64,000 nt of DNA, taken from positions 186,001 to 250,000 of the forward strand of contig JAIVFI010000044.1 in NCBI GenBank assembly GCA_025558095.1, in the 5' to 3' direction. Positions within the stretch are counted from its first letter, which is position 1; each line of letters starts with the position of its first letter. This DNA is from Hyaloraphidium curvatum SAG 235-1. Its lineage: Eukaryota > Fungi > Monoblepharomycota. Below the pieces are notes generated by a model. The model was not told the origin of the DNA. It saw only the letters and a list, made by a program, of their open reading frames with translations, and did no database searches. Position numbers and translations under genes: made by a program. Below are positions 9,748 through 19,629 of the stretch, in pieces.

Positions 9748-11275
9748 CTAGTTCTCGTTCTCCCAGAGCGAGGCGGCACCCATCTGGAGTCGGAAACAGG
9801 TCAAGGACCGTCCAAACGAGCGCGAAACGAGCAATACAGACCCCAGTCCCGATGCACATGGAGGTGACGCCCAGCTTCCCGCCGGTCCTCTTGAGCGTCT
9901 CGAACAGGGTCGAGATCTGCCTCGCCCCGGTGGCGCCGAGCGGGTGGCCGATGGCGATGGCGCCGCCCTTGGGGTTGACCTTCTTGGGGTCGATCCCGAC
10001 CGTCTCGACCGACATGATGGCCTGCGACGCGAAGGCCTCGTTGATCTCGTACGAGTCCACGTCGTCCTTGGTCACGCCGGCCTTGGCGAGGACCTCGGGG
10101 ATGGCGTAGCTGGAAGGCGGTCGCTGTGAGCGCCGCGCAGGCGGCTCCGGAAGCGAGAAGCGACTCACGCAGGCCCGATGCCCATGACGCGGGGGGGCAC
10201 GCCGGCGACGGCGAACGCGACGAGCTTGCCGATGATGGGCAGGCCGAGCTTCTCGGCCACCGAGCGGCGGGCGAGCAGCGCGGCGCCGGCGCCGTCGGAG
10301 ACCTGCGACGAGTTGCCGGCGGTCGAGGCGCCGTCGGGGGTGAAGGCCGGGCGGAGCTTGGCGAGGCCCTCGGCGGTGGTGGGGCGAACGCCGTCGTCGC
10401 GGTCGGCGACGACCTTGCTGCCGTCCTCCTTGGTGATGGTGATAGGGATGATCTCCTTGTTGAAGTAGCCGGCCTTCTGGGCGGCCAGGGCCTTGTTGTA
10501 CGAGTCGAGCGCAAAGGCGTCCTGCTTGGCGCGGTCGACCTTGTAGTCCTTGGCGACGTTCTCCGAGGTGATGCTGTGGGAGATTGCGGAGTCAACTTCC
10601 ATGTGCCGGGTACGGTAACTCGGCGCCGCCACCCACCCCATGGGCAGCAGGCAGTCCTGGATCGACCCGGCCTTCTCGACCCAGTTCCTGGGCGGCGGCA
10701 CGGGCTTGCCCACGTCCTGGCCCATCGACTCCATCCCGGCGCCGATGCCGATGTCGATGGTGCCGGCCTTGATCTCGCCGGCGATGTTGGCGATGGCCTG
10801 CAGGCCCGACGAGCACTGCCTGTTGACGGCGAGGATCGAGGTCTCGACGGGGAAGCCGGCCTGGAGCATGGCCATGCGGACGAGGCCGGCGCCGGCGCCG
10901 GGGAGGCGCACGTTGCCGACGTGGATGTCCTTGACGAGCTTCTTGTCCAGGCCGACCTTGTCGCACACGGCGGCCAGGATGGGGGCGAGGATCTCCTCGG
11001 GGTGCACGCCCTGGAAGGCTGTGGGGCGGAGCGAGTGAGCCTCCGTCCGGGGGGCAGGACCGCGCACGACGCACCGCCGCCCTTGGAGCGGGTGATGGCC
11101 GAGCGGTAGGCCGAGACGAGCACGACGTCGTCGGGCGACTTGACGCCGATCTTGCCCTGTTTGGCCGGGCGGGTGAGCGTTGCGGGTGGGGCTGGGTCGC
11201 CGCGGAGGAACGCACAAAGGTCGGGGCGGAGCCACCGGCGAGGTGCGAAGCGACCTGTTCGACGCGCGAGGCCAT
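9748..11275 (-). CDS. POT1: Peroxisomal 3-ketoacyl-CoA thiolase
   Basis: Five GT-AG introns. Motifs NRQCSSGLQAI, TAGNSSQVSDGA, EINEAFASQ, GGAIAIGHPLGATGAR, MCIGTGMG. N-terminal PTS2 RVEQVASHL. Confidence 0.95.
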
Positions 11276-11687
11276 CTTTGTGCGGGATGCGGCGGCTGGA
11301 TGGCGCGCGGGGGGGCGTGGCGGCGCGGGTGACAGAACGGCGGAGCGTCGCGGCGGGGCGGCGGGCGGGGGTCAGCGCCGGCTGGGGGGGCGCGGGTACC
11401 TTCCGGCAGGCTCAGAGGAGCCGGGAATGCGGTGCTCACCGGTGCGGCGGGGGAGGACGCGGTGCCTGGTTCGGTCGGAAGTGGAGCCGAAAACGAAGGG
11501 CAGTACTTGGAACTTCCGCGCACGTGAAGAGACCCCATCGCGCAACATGCGCGACATCCGGCTTCCTGAGCATTGGCAATGGCATCCAACATACAGAACT
11601 AGCTTCAGCGATCTAGGTATTCACATCCGGTCCCCAATCCGGTCCCCGTCCGGCGAATGGCGCATGGAGACGCCGCAGCTTCGCGTT

Positions 11688-12831
11688 TCACTCCGCGCCC
11701 TGTCCGCGTCCAGCAGCTTCGTCGGCAGCGGAAGTGACGCGCAGCTCCTGCAGCGGCGTGCCGGATGCGTCGTCGGGCTTGTCCCCCTTGATCGGTTCGT
11801 ACCTGTGGGCACCCACCGCCATTGTGTCGATTAAGCAACCGATGCGCCCGATCGGCCCCGCGCGTGCCCACCTCAGCGACCACATCTTGAGCGACAGCGA
11901 GGCCACGGCCAGGAGCGTAGCGACGACGGCGAGGTAGAAGCCCGCGATCCACGCGGAGGATGTGGCGGACTCGAATGCGCGCGCGGAGTCGGCGACGAAC
12001 CACGTCGTCTGTGGGTGAACCGGAAGCCATCAGTCAGCGGCAAGCGCGACTAACGAGCAGGCAAAGCGACCCACGATCGCGAAGGCCAGCAGCCACATGA
12101 AGTTGCCCACGCCCCCCGCGACGATGCTGATCCACCCCGCCCAGCGGTCGTGCAGAAAGCCCGTGGTCAGGAAGACGGCGGTGACGACCGAGAACCAGGC
12201 AAAGGAGCCGAGGGAGGGCATGGCGTAGAGGAGGGAGGATGGGTAGAGGGCGGTGAAGGCCGCCGAGTTCCACCTGTGCGTTTCCGGACGTCAACCGCGT
12301 GAGAATCCTTCGCGATCGTCACGCGCCACGCCGTTGTACGCACGTGAAGGAGCACTTGAGCGGCGCCCCGCCCGCCGGATCCGCGCACACCCCCCACATG
12401 GCCACGAACCCCGCGCCCTGCGGCGAATCGTACCTCCTGAACGCCAGCTGCGGGACCGAATACCCCAGCAGCGCCAGGCCGGCCAGCAGCAGGAACGCCA
12501 GGTCGCACGCGAGCGACCAGTACAGGAACCCCGCGCGCGAGACGACGGGCGGCGCCATCGACGCGGCGACCTGCTTCCACGACTGGGCGGTCATGCGGCG
12601 TGCGGGCTGGCGGGCGCGGGATGCGGGATCGGCGCCGCGGGGCGCGTACGCGGGCGGCGCGGAGGGGTCGAACGGGTTGTCGAGGAAGGCCGGCGGCGGG
12701 TCGTTGCCGGGCGAGGGGGGCCGGGCGGCGGGCGGCGCGCCCGGCTCGGGCGGCGACGGGGTCGGCTGCCGCGCATCGGGCACTTCGTAGTCCGGCGGCG
12801 GATCCGCGGGAGGAGGTGGGCGACCCTCCAT
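11688..12831 (-). CDS. Four-TM membrane protein, claudin/SUR7-PalI-like
   Basis: Spliced model with 2-3 introns. Pro-rich N-terminus with PPDY/PPAY motifs, TM1, then AMWGVC...C (claudin-like GLW..C...C), then three more hydrophobic segments. Confidence 0.55.
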
Positions 12832-12992
12832 TGGGAGACGCCGCGAAAACTCTAATCGAGTCCCCGGCAAGGCCGTTCTAGAGCCCAGTCCAATCCCTTG
12901 GCACCGCTGCTGTGTCTCGGGTCGTGCGGCAGCACCGCGGCCGATCTATTTGAGCTGGAGGGCTCCTCGCGGTCCGGCAGCCGCCCGCCGAA

Positions 12993-14375
12993 ATGCGCTC
13001 CTTTGCCGCCGCGCTCCTCGCCGCCCTCGCGCTCTCCGCCGCGCCGGCGGCCCTCGCCGGCCGCTTCTGCTCCCCCTCGCAGCCCCCGTTCTGCGTTACC
13101 GGGTCCACGGTTGGCACGGACGCGGACTTCCAGATAATCGCGCCCCCCGGCGTCCGAAGTGCGTCTTCCCGTGCTCGCCACCGCCGCACAGCGTTGACCG
13201 CCGCCCCGCAGATGGCTGGGTGGCCGTCGGCATCGGCGAGAGCATGCCCGGTTCCGAGATCTTCGCCTTCTGGTTCCCCGACCCTGCCAACGCGCCCACC
13301 CGCATCGTCGCCTCCAAGCGCTACGGCACCGCCTTCGTGATGCCCCGGCCGGCCGCGTCGGGCGACCAGACGGCGGTGGTGCAGCCCGATTCGGGCATCC
13401 TGCCCAACGGCACCATCTACATCCACTTCCGCCGCCCCTTCGCCGCCTCCACCGCCTCGGCCTCCTCCAAGACCCTCGTCGCGGGCCCGCAGTCCTTCAT
13501 CTGGGCCTACTCGGACAGCGACCGCCCGAGCCCCATCAACGACCCGCAGGCCAGCTTCAGCAAGCACGTCTTTTCCGAGCCCATGGGCGCCGTCACCCTC
13601 TTCGAGACCGCGCCCAACGCCGCGCCGCCGCCGCCGGGCACCCCCGCGGCGCCGGTGATCCCCGCCGACACGCTGGACCCGCGCAACGCCTACATCCGCG
13701 CGCACGGGATCCTGATGGCCCTCGCGTGGGGCGTTTTCGCGCCCATCGGCGTGGCCACCGCAGTATTTGCAAAGGGGCAGAAGTGGTTCCCCGTCCACGT
13801 ACGTCGCCGCCGCTTCCACCTCTCGCTGCGGCCGCTGACCCGCGATCACCCTCCAGTTCTACGTCATGGGCGCCCTCACCGCACTCTGCACCGTCGTCGG
13901 CTTCGCCCTCGCCGTGTACTACATCTCCGCCTCGGGCATCAAGTCCTTCACCAACTACCACGAGATCATCGGCCTCGTCGTCTTCATCTGCACCATCATC
14001 CAGGTGTCCCTCGGGGTGTACATCCACCACCTGTACGACCCGAACCGGACCAAGCGGCCCATCAGGAACCACGCGCACATCTGGTTCGGGCGCGCGGTGT
14101 CGATACTGGGGGTGGCCAACGTCGCGCTCGGGATCCAGCAGTACGGGAGTGGGTCTCCGCTCGCCCCCGGCGCATCCGGAATGCTGACCCTCCTCGCCGC
14201 AGTCTGGTACGGCATGGAAAGCACCACAAATCCCTACCTTTGGGCATATATCGGCTGGATCGTGGCGTGGACGCTCCTGACGATGCTCGGCGCCTTCCTC
14301 GTGCGGCGGTCGGTGGCCAAGAAGAGCGGGGGCCTGGTGAAGGGGGAGAGCGAGGCGGCGCTGGGGACCAAGTAG
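12993..14375 (+). CDS. Secreted DOMON domain plus cytochrome b561 membrane protein
   Basis: Signal peptide MRSFAAALLAALALSA; DOMON motif GWVAVGIGESMPGSEIF...FIWAY; b561 heme His motifs AHGILMALAW, WFPVH, YHEIIGL, AHIWFGR; three introns. Confidence 0.85.
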
Positions 14376-14609
14376 GGAGCTGGGGACAAGGGGATGGAAG
14401 TGGGGTAACGTATGTGTTGAGGGTCGTTTGCCATGTCTTGTGACCGGTGGTGGTCTGTGGGATCAGTACATGTCTGCCTTGTTCTGCTCTGAAGCGTTCG
14501 CCGCGCCGGGTCCGCCTTCACACGAAATCGGCCTTCAAGCCATGGATTTTGACACAAAAACCAACATCCTTGTCAGTAGTGGCCCGTGGTCCCGCTTTCC
14601 CCCGATCTT

Positions 14610-15149
14610 TCATTGCCGATTGAACCCAGACCACAAGAGTTTCACTCCAAGAGCCACCTCGAACAACCCGCCCGGAATCGACATGGCAATCCCGACGGCA
14701 TGCCCCGCCAGCTCTGCCACAGCCCCCGAGGCGAGTCCCACGTAACCCGCAAAGCCCCAGTTTGCGAACCAAGGCGGCAAGAGCCCCTCTGCGCCCCACA
14801 GCCGCATGACCGGCAGGCTCGAGATGCCGAGGGCGATCATGCCGGCTTGGTAGTACGCGTGCTTCGCCTTTGCGTTGCCCTTGGACGCGTGGTAGAGGCT
14901 CGCGATGAGAAGGCCTGCCTCTGCCACGCGACCGGCAAGGTACCCGTCCGAGACGCGTCCGTCGAGCCGGGAAAGCTCGGGGCGCAGATGTAGGGCGATC
15001 GCGGTGACCGTGACCGAGTTGGCGATGACCAGGGGGACTCCGGGGCCCCAGCGGCCCGCGTCGACAAAGTTGCTTCCCGCGCCGTAAAAGAACATGGGGA
15101 GCAGGAAGAGGAGGCCCGTGAGGCGGTCGGACGAAAGAGATGACGACAT
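14610..15149 (-). CDS. DUF4386-like membrane protein (bacterial type)
   Basis: Intronless, 179 aa. Motifs GYLAGRVAEA, LLPPWFANWGFAGY and PGGLFEVALGVKLLWSGF match my recollection of the DUF4386 pattern. Confidence 0.7.
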   Translation of the reverse strand: MSSSLSSDRLTGLLFLLPMFFYGAGSNFVDAGRWGPGVPLVIANSVTVTAIALHLRPELSRLDGRVSDGYLAGRVAEAGLLIASLYHASKGNAKAKHAYYQAGMIALGISSLPVMRLWGAEGLLPPWFANWGFAGYVGLASGAVAELAGHAVGIAMSIPGGLFEVALGVKLLWSGFNRQ

Positions 15150-15229
15150 TCCGAGGCCGGTGCGGGCGGTGATCGCAGACGATCTTCCGTCCTGTCCCCC
15201 GGATCCGCGACCAACAACTGTTCGACGTG

Positions 15230-16942
15230 ATGCCGGCCGACGACTATTCCAGCATTCCCGCGTCCGTCTGTGCGCCGCCGGACGCGTTTACGGACGTTGC
15301 GATCCGCCGGCGGCTGCCGGCCACGGCGGTCGACCCGCGGTTGCTTCCACCAACGCTGCGGCCGCGACTGGCGGCGCCGTTTCCACTTCCAACAAGCATG
15401 GCACGTGAATTAATGCTCTACAGATCTCCTTTGAGCTATGACGACTGCATCGCCGCTTACCGGAACGGCCTGCCCGGGTTCCGCGTCTTGGCGGAGTTTC
15501 AGCGCTTTCTGGCGGTAACCGAGCGCAGATTTTGGATCTGGGTGGTTGGAATAGGGCTCTATTACGGGACCATGGTCGCCCTGCTGGTTGCCGTGTACGT
15601 GGGCCGCGGTCCTGACGGCTCCACGTCGGCCTTTGCCACCGCGGCCGTCGGGATCCTGTTTGGGTACGTTCACTACCCGCTGATTGCCTTGAGGCACCAC
15701 TGGGTGACCTCTGCGCCGCTGTTTTCCGCTGCGGATTCGAAGGACTTGAGCTGTGCGCCGCACGCGTACACGGCGCGGTACTGGACCGTCATGGGCCAGT
15801 CGAAAAGAGGAGTCGAGGAGGGGCGCAATGGTGAGGACTCGGAAGAAACAAGGGCGTTGTTTGGGCACCGAGCGCCACAGAACGGTTTTGAGCTCGTCGA
15901 GCCGTTTCTGGAGCCGGATTCGCGGGCAGCGTCCCGCGACGCCATGCCCGGTTTTGCGAAATCGGACGTCTGCCCATGTCTCCGCTGCGCTGGCATTTTT
16001 GATGGCGGCGGGTGGAAGACGATTGTAGTGTTCTTTTTGGGTCACTTTGGAGTGCACTTTACTCTCCAAGCGGTCCAGGTTGCGCTGGTATTCTGGGACC
16101 TCTGGGCAACGGGCAGTCTGCTGTACACGACTGCATGGGTTCCAGCCGTTCTGGCCGTGAACGTCGCCAGCTTCGTCGTTTTCTTCACCTGGATGCACGG
16201 GCACACGTCGTTTGTCCTTAGCAGCATGCACATTGGTCTCCTTGGGCGGACACAGCACCGTGTCGTTACCGCGGCCGTCGATGCACTAATCTGCAGCTGC
16301 ACTGACCGTGTGCGGACATTCCTTTCCGGCGAAACAAAGCACGATGAAGCGCCGCATGGAGCACACACGGCACCGCTGTACCTACTTTGTGGGGAGGACA
16401 TTGCTGCTTTCTACAGAGGCGCGCAGTTAGAAGCCATTTACGTCACCGCACCGCTCGTGCTGGCCATCTGGACGGTGGCCGTTGCCCTGCTGTGCTCATT
16501 TCCCTTTGGCGGGTCTTGTTTCCCTGCTTGGGTGCCTGTCATTGTCCATGCGGGCGTGTACATTTCTCTTTATAACCTCATTTGCTTGGCACAGGCCAAC
16601 ATGAGTGTGACGAGGCTGTCTGCGGAGTTTGGCCGCGCCTCGGAGCGGATTGGTGCCGCATTGGTGGAGCTGGCTTCGAGCGCTGGATCGCCACCCACGG
16701 TACAGGCCATGACCACAGACCCTTCCCGCGCGTATCTGTTTGCAGCGCTGTCGGCAGAGCTCGCGGCCCACAGGGACGAGCTGCGACGGCTCGCGACCAC
16801 GCTCCCGCGGATCAAGGCGTTCGGATTCGACCTGACGTTTTCGGCGCTGCGCACAGGGGGCCTGGCGGCGCTGACGGTTGGCGCGGCGCTGTACCAGGCA
16901 TTTCGTTTGCGGATCCAGCTGGGGACGTTCTGCAAGCCGTGA
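15230..16942 (+). CDS. Intronless multipass membrane protein, putative gustatory-receptor-like (7TM ion channel) family
   Basis: About 7 hydrophobic segments, no signal peptide, a long helical loop before the last TM, and C-terminus IKAFGFDLTFSALR...LTVGAALYQAF. Confidence 0.6.
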   Translation: MPADDYSSIPASVCAPPDAFTDVAIRRRLPATAVDPRLLPPTLRPRLAAPFPLPTSMARELMLYRSPLSYDDCIAAYRNGLPGFRVLAEFQRFLAVTERRFWIWVVGIGLYYGTMVALLVAVYVGRGPDGSTSAFATAAVGILFGYVHYPLIALRHHWVTSAPLFSAADSKDLSCAPHAYTARYWTVMGQSKRGVEEGRNGEDSEETRALFGHRAPQNGFELVEPFLEPDSRAASRDAMPGFAKSDVCPCLRCAGIFDGGGWKTIVVFFLGHFGVHFTLQAVQVALVFWDLWATGSLLYTTAWVPAVLAVNVASFVVFFTWMHGHTSFVLSSMHIGLLGRTQHRVVTAAVDALICSCTDRVRTFLSGETKHDEAPHGAHTAPLYLLCGEDIAAFYRGAQLEAIYVTAPLVLAIWTVAVALLCSFPFGGSCFPAWVPVIVHAGVYISLYNLICLAQANMSVTRLSAEFGRASERIGAALVELASSAGSPPTVQAMTTDPSRAYLFAALSAELAAHRDELRRLATTLPRIKAFGFDLTFSALRTGGLAALTVGAALYQAFRLRIQLGTFCKP

Positions 16943-17072
16943 TTCTTTGTTGTAGTTTTTCCTCGCCCCACAGAATGCGGAGCGAGATATGAAGAGCATA
17001 AAGTCGGCATTGGAATGGTATTGACTGCTTCTTGGACGATGTTTCTAGTTTCAGATCGTTGTATCGCGTCCA

Positions 17073-18561
17073 TTACAGCTTTGCAACAAGTGCATGGTAG
17101 AAAGGCTGAAGGCTGGACACCCTCCGCACGCCCCGCGCAACAATCTCCCGCAGCTCCTGCACCCTCAGCTTCTCCGACTTTTCCAGGGCGTCCTCGATCG
17201 TCCCATCGCCCTCCTTGAGCGCTCGAACGAGGGCCAGCGCGTCGTCGAAGCACCGCTGCGTGCCGGTGGTGGTCGTTGGCGACGCTAGCGCGGCGGCGTC
17301 CCCGATCAGGATGGTGCGGTGCTTTGGGAAAGCCGTCCGCGTGGGGCTGCGTTGACAGGTGAGCAACTCAATGCTGCGATCCGCGTCGGAGCAGCAAGCG
17401 TACCTGTAGCTCCAGACGGCCTGCGCGAACAGCTTGTCCAGCTTCACCGTGAGCTCCAGCATCTCCACGACCTTGGGCCACTTCCCCAGCACGTCGTCCC
17501 GCTTCGCAAAGGCGAGGAACTCTTGCGCGACCCGAGGGTCGATCGTCCCCGGCGGGAGCGAGTACAGATGGCGCTCGCCGTTGCGGTCCGTCAGCGTGCG
17601 GACCATGACGTCGTTGGGCACGATCAGGTACATGAACCAGTTGAAGCGCGCGCGACGATCGGCGCTCTTTCGGAACGGGGGGACAGGGTAACAGCCCCAG
17701 TACAGCTTCTCGCGCCGGTCGTAGAAAACGTTGAAGTTCCCGCAGCCGTCCGGCAGGATTGACTCGTACATCCCAGCGGGCATCTGCGAACGCTCCACGA
17801 GACCCCGAAAGATGATCAGGTTGTCGTAGCGCGGCCGCGAGGCGGGCAGCAGGGTGTGAAAGTCCGGCAACCCATCGCTCGGAGGGCTGGGCGGCAGCGG
17901 AGGCGGCGCCAGGTGGTCCTCCGAAGGTGGATAAAGGCCGAGGAGAAGGGTCCGCAGGTCCGACATGTACCCATCGGCGCCGACGATCAGGTCGGCGCGG
18001 AAGCTGGTCCCGTCCTCAAACACGACCGTCGACTTGTCGCCTCCAGGCTCCACCCGGAGCACCCGCTTGCCGCGCACGTAAGTTCCTCCGAGCGCAGTAA
18101 AAGTAGGTAACAATGCCGACATGATGTTGTCGTAGGAAACGGTGCCCCGCCACAGCTTCCTCGGCTGGTCCGCCGGCGTATGAAAGTCCACAGAGACCGG
18201 CTGCCCCTTCGCGTTGAGCATCTCGCTCCGCGAGAACCGGTGGCGTTCATAAACGAGGTGCTTCAGGTCCGTATCGCCCGTGACTTCGCTGTACAGGCCC
18301 AAGCTGATTGCGAGCCCGGCTCCGCGGTCCTCCAGGGCCTGCGTGGAGCGTTCAAAGGCGGTGACGCGGGGCTTCGGGTCAAGATTACGGAGGAGTGCGC
18401 TGTTTCGCGGTGAGATTGTGGTCGGTGGAAGGGTGAGCCGCCCCGGCGTCGAGAGAGCGTGAGAGATGGGAGACATCCACGCCGCGCTGCGAGGACACGT
18501 ACATCGCCGCGGAGAGCCCGCCAATGGAGCCTCCGATGATTGCCACGTCGCGCTGAGCCAT
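17073..18561 (-). CDS. FAD-dependent aromatic monooxygenase (2,6-dihydroxypyridine hydroxylase-like) with PTS1
   Basis: MAQRDVAIIGGSIGGLSAA (GxGxxG variant) then an intron; FERS...RGAGL, DLIVGADG, ILIGDAA; ends AKL*. Confidence 0.85.
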
Positions 18562-18644
18562 TTCGGAGGCCTCTCGTGACCTGATCCGAGGACTTCGACG
18601 CGACCTGAAACCCCTTCGTCAACAACGACGCGTCGTTCGCCGCG

Positions 18645-19569
18645 ATGTCCCTAGAGGAGGCGCCCGGCCCCGCGCAGGAAACCTCCCCCTTCCCGGACCC
18701 GCCTCCGTTCTACAAACACTACACCGACGCGGCGTACCGCTCCCCCCCCGGCTCGGACGCGCGCCTCGCGTCCGCGCGCGCTGGCGCGTTCCTGGACCCG
18801 CCGGCGCCGGTAACGGACCGCTGGACGTCGTTCGGCGTGACGAGGGAGGTCGGTGATCTTTTGGTGTCGCGATGCGGCGCGCGATTAGGCCGCTGAGGTG
18901 TGGGAACGCGTCAGGTCGAGGAGGCGCCAAAGACGATCTTCGAGCAGGAGGGCGTGCCGCAGCTCTTCCCAAACGGCGACTTTGGTGGGCCCCTCCCGTG
19001 CTTGCTGCTCCACTCGGAACGCGCCCTGACCGCGTCCGGACGGCGTTCGGGGAACAGACCGCGCGGCAGCCCTCCGCAGCCTCAACAAGGCCCTCGTCTT
19101 CAACTACCTCGAGCTCCTGGACGTCCTCGTCCGCGACCCCGGGCCGCAGCAGAACCCGCAGTGGATCCGCAAGGTGCAGCACCTCCACGTGCTCATCAAG
19201 AACCTGCACTTCCTCGTCAACGGGTACAGGCCGCACCAGGCGCGGGCGACGCTGCAGCAGATGCTCGCGGTGCAGATTGCCGAGCGGAAAGAGGCGGCGG
19301 AGAAGCTGAGGGAGGCGAGGGAGGCGGTGGTCGCGGAGCTGGAGAGGGCGGGAGGGGCGCTGGCGGCGTGGGCGGCGGAGCACAGGGCGAGGGAGCTCGG
19401 GCCGCCGCCCGAACCGCCTCCGCCGGCGGCCGAGGACGACTTGCCGTCGCCGCCGGCGCCGGACGACGACATGCTCGTCGACCCCGTTGACCCCGCGGAC
19501 CAGGACTTTGCGCCCGGAGGCGACCTCATGGCTTCTTTGCTGGACTACGCCGACCGTTCCGAGCGATAG
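18645..19569 (+). CDS. MED7: Mediator subunit 7
   Basis: SPFPDPPPFYKHYT, LDPPAP, EGVPQLFP, LRSLNKALVFNYLELL, NLHFLVNGYRPHQARATL; two introns. Confidence 0.92.
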
Positions 19570-19629
19570 CATTTCCTCGATTCCAATATACCCGCCTTCC
19601 GTGCAGCGGTCCCCCCCGTGCGGCGCCCC

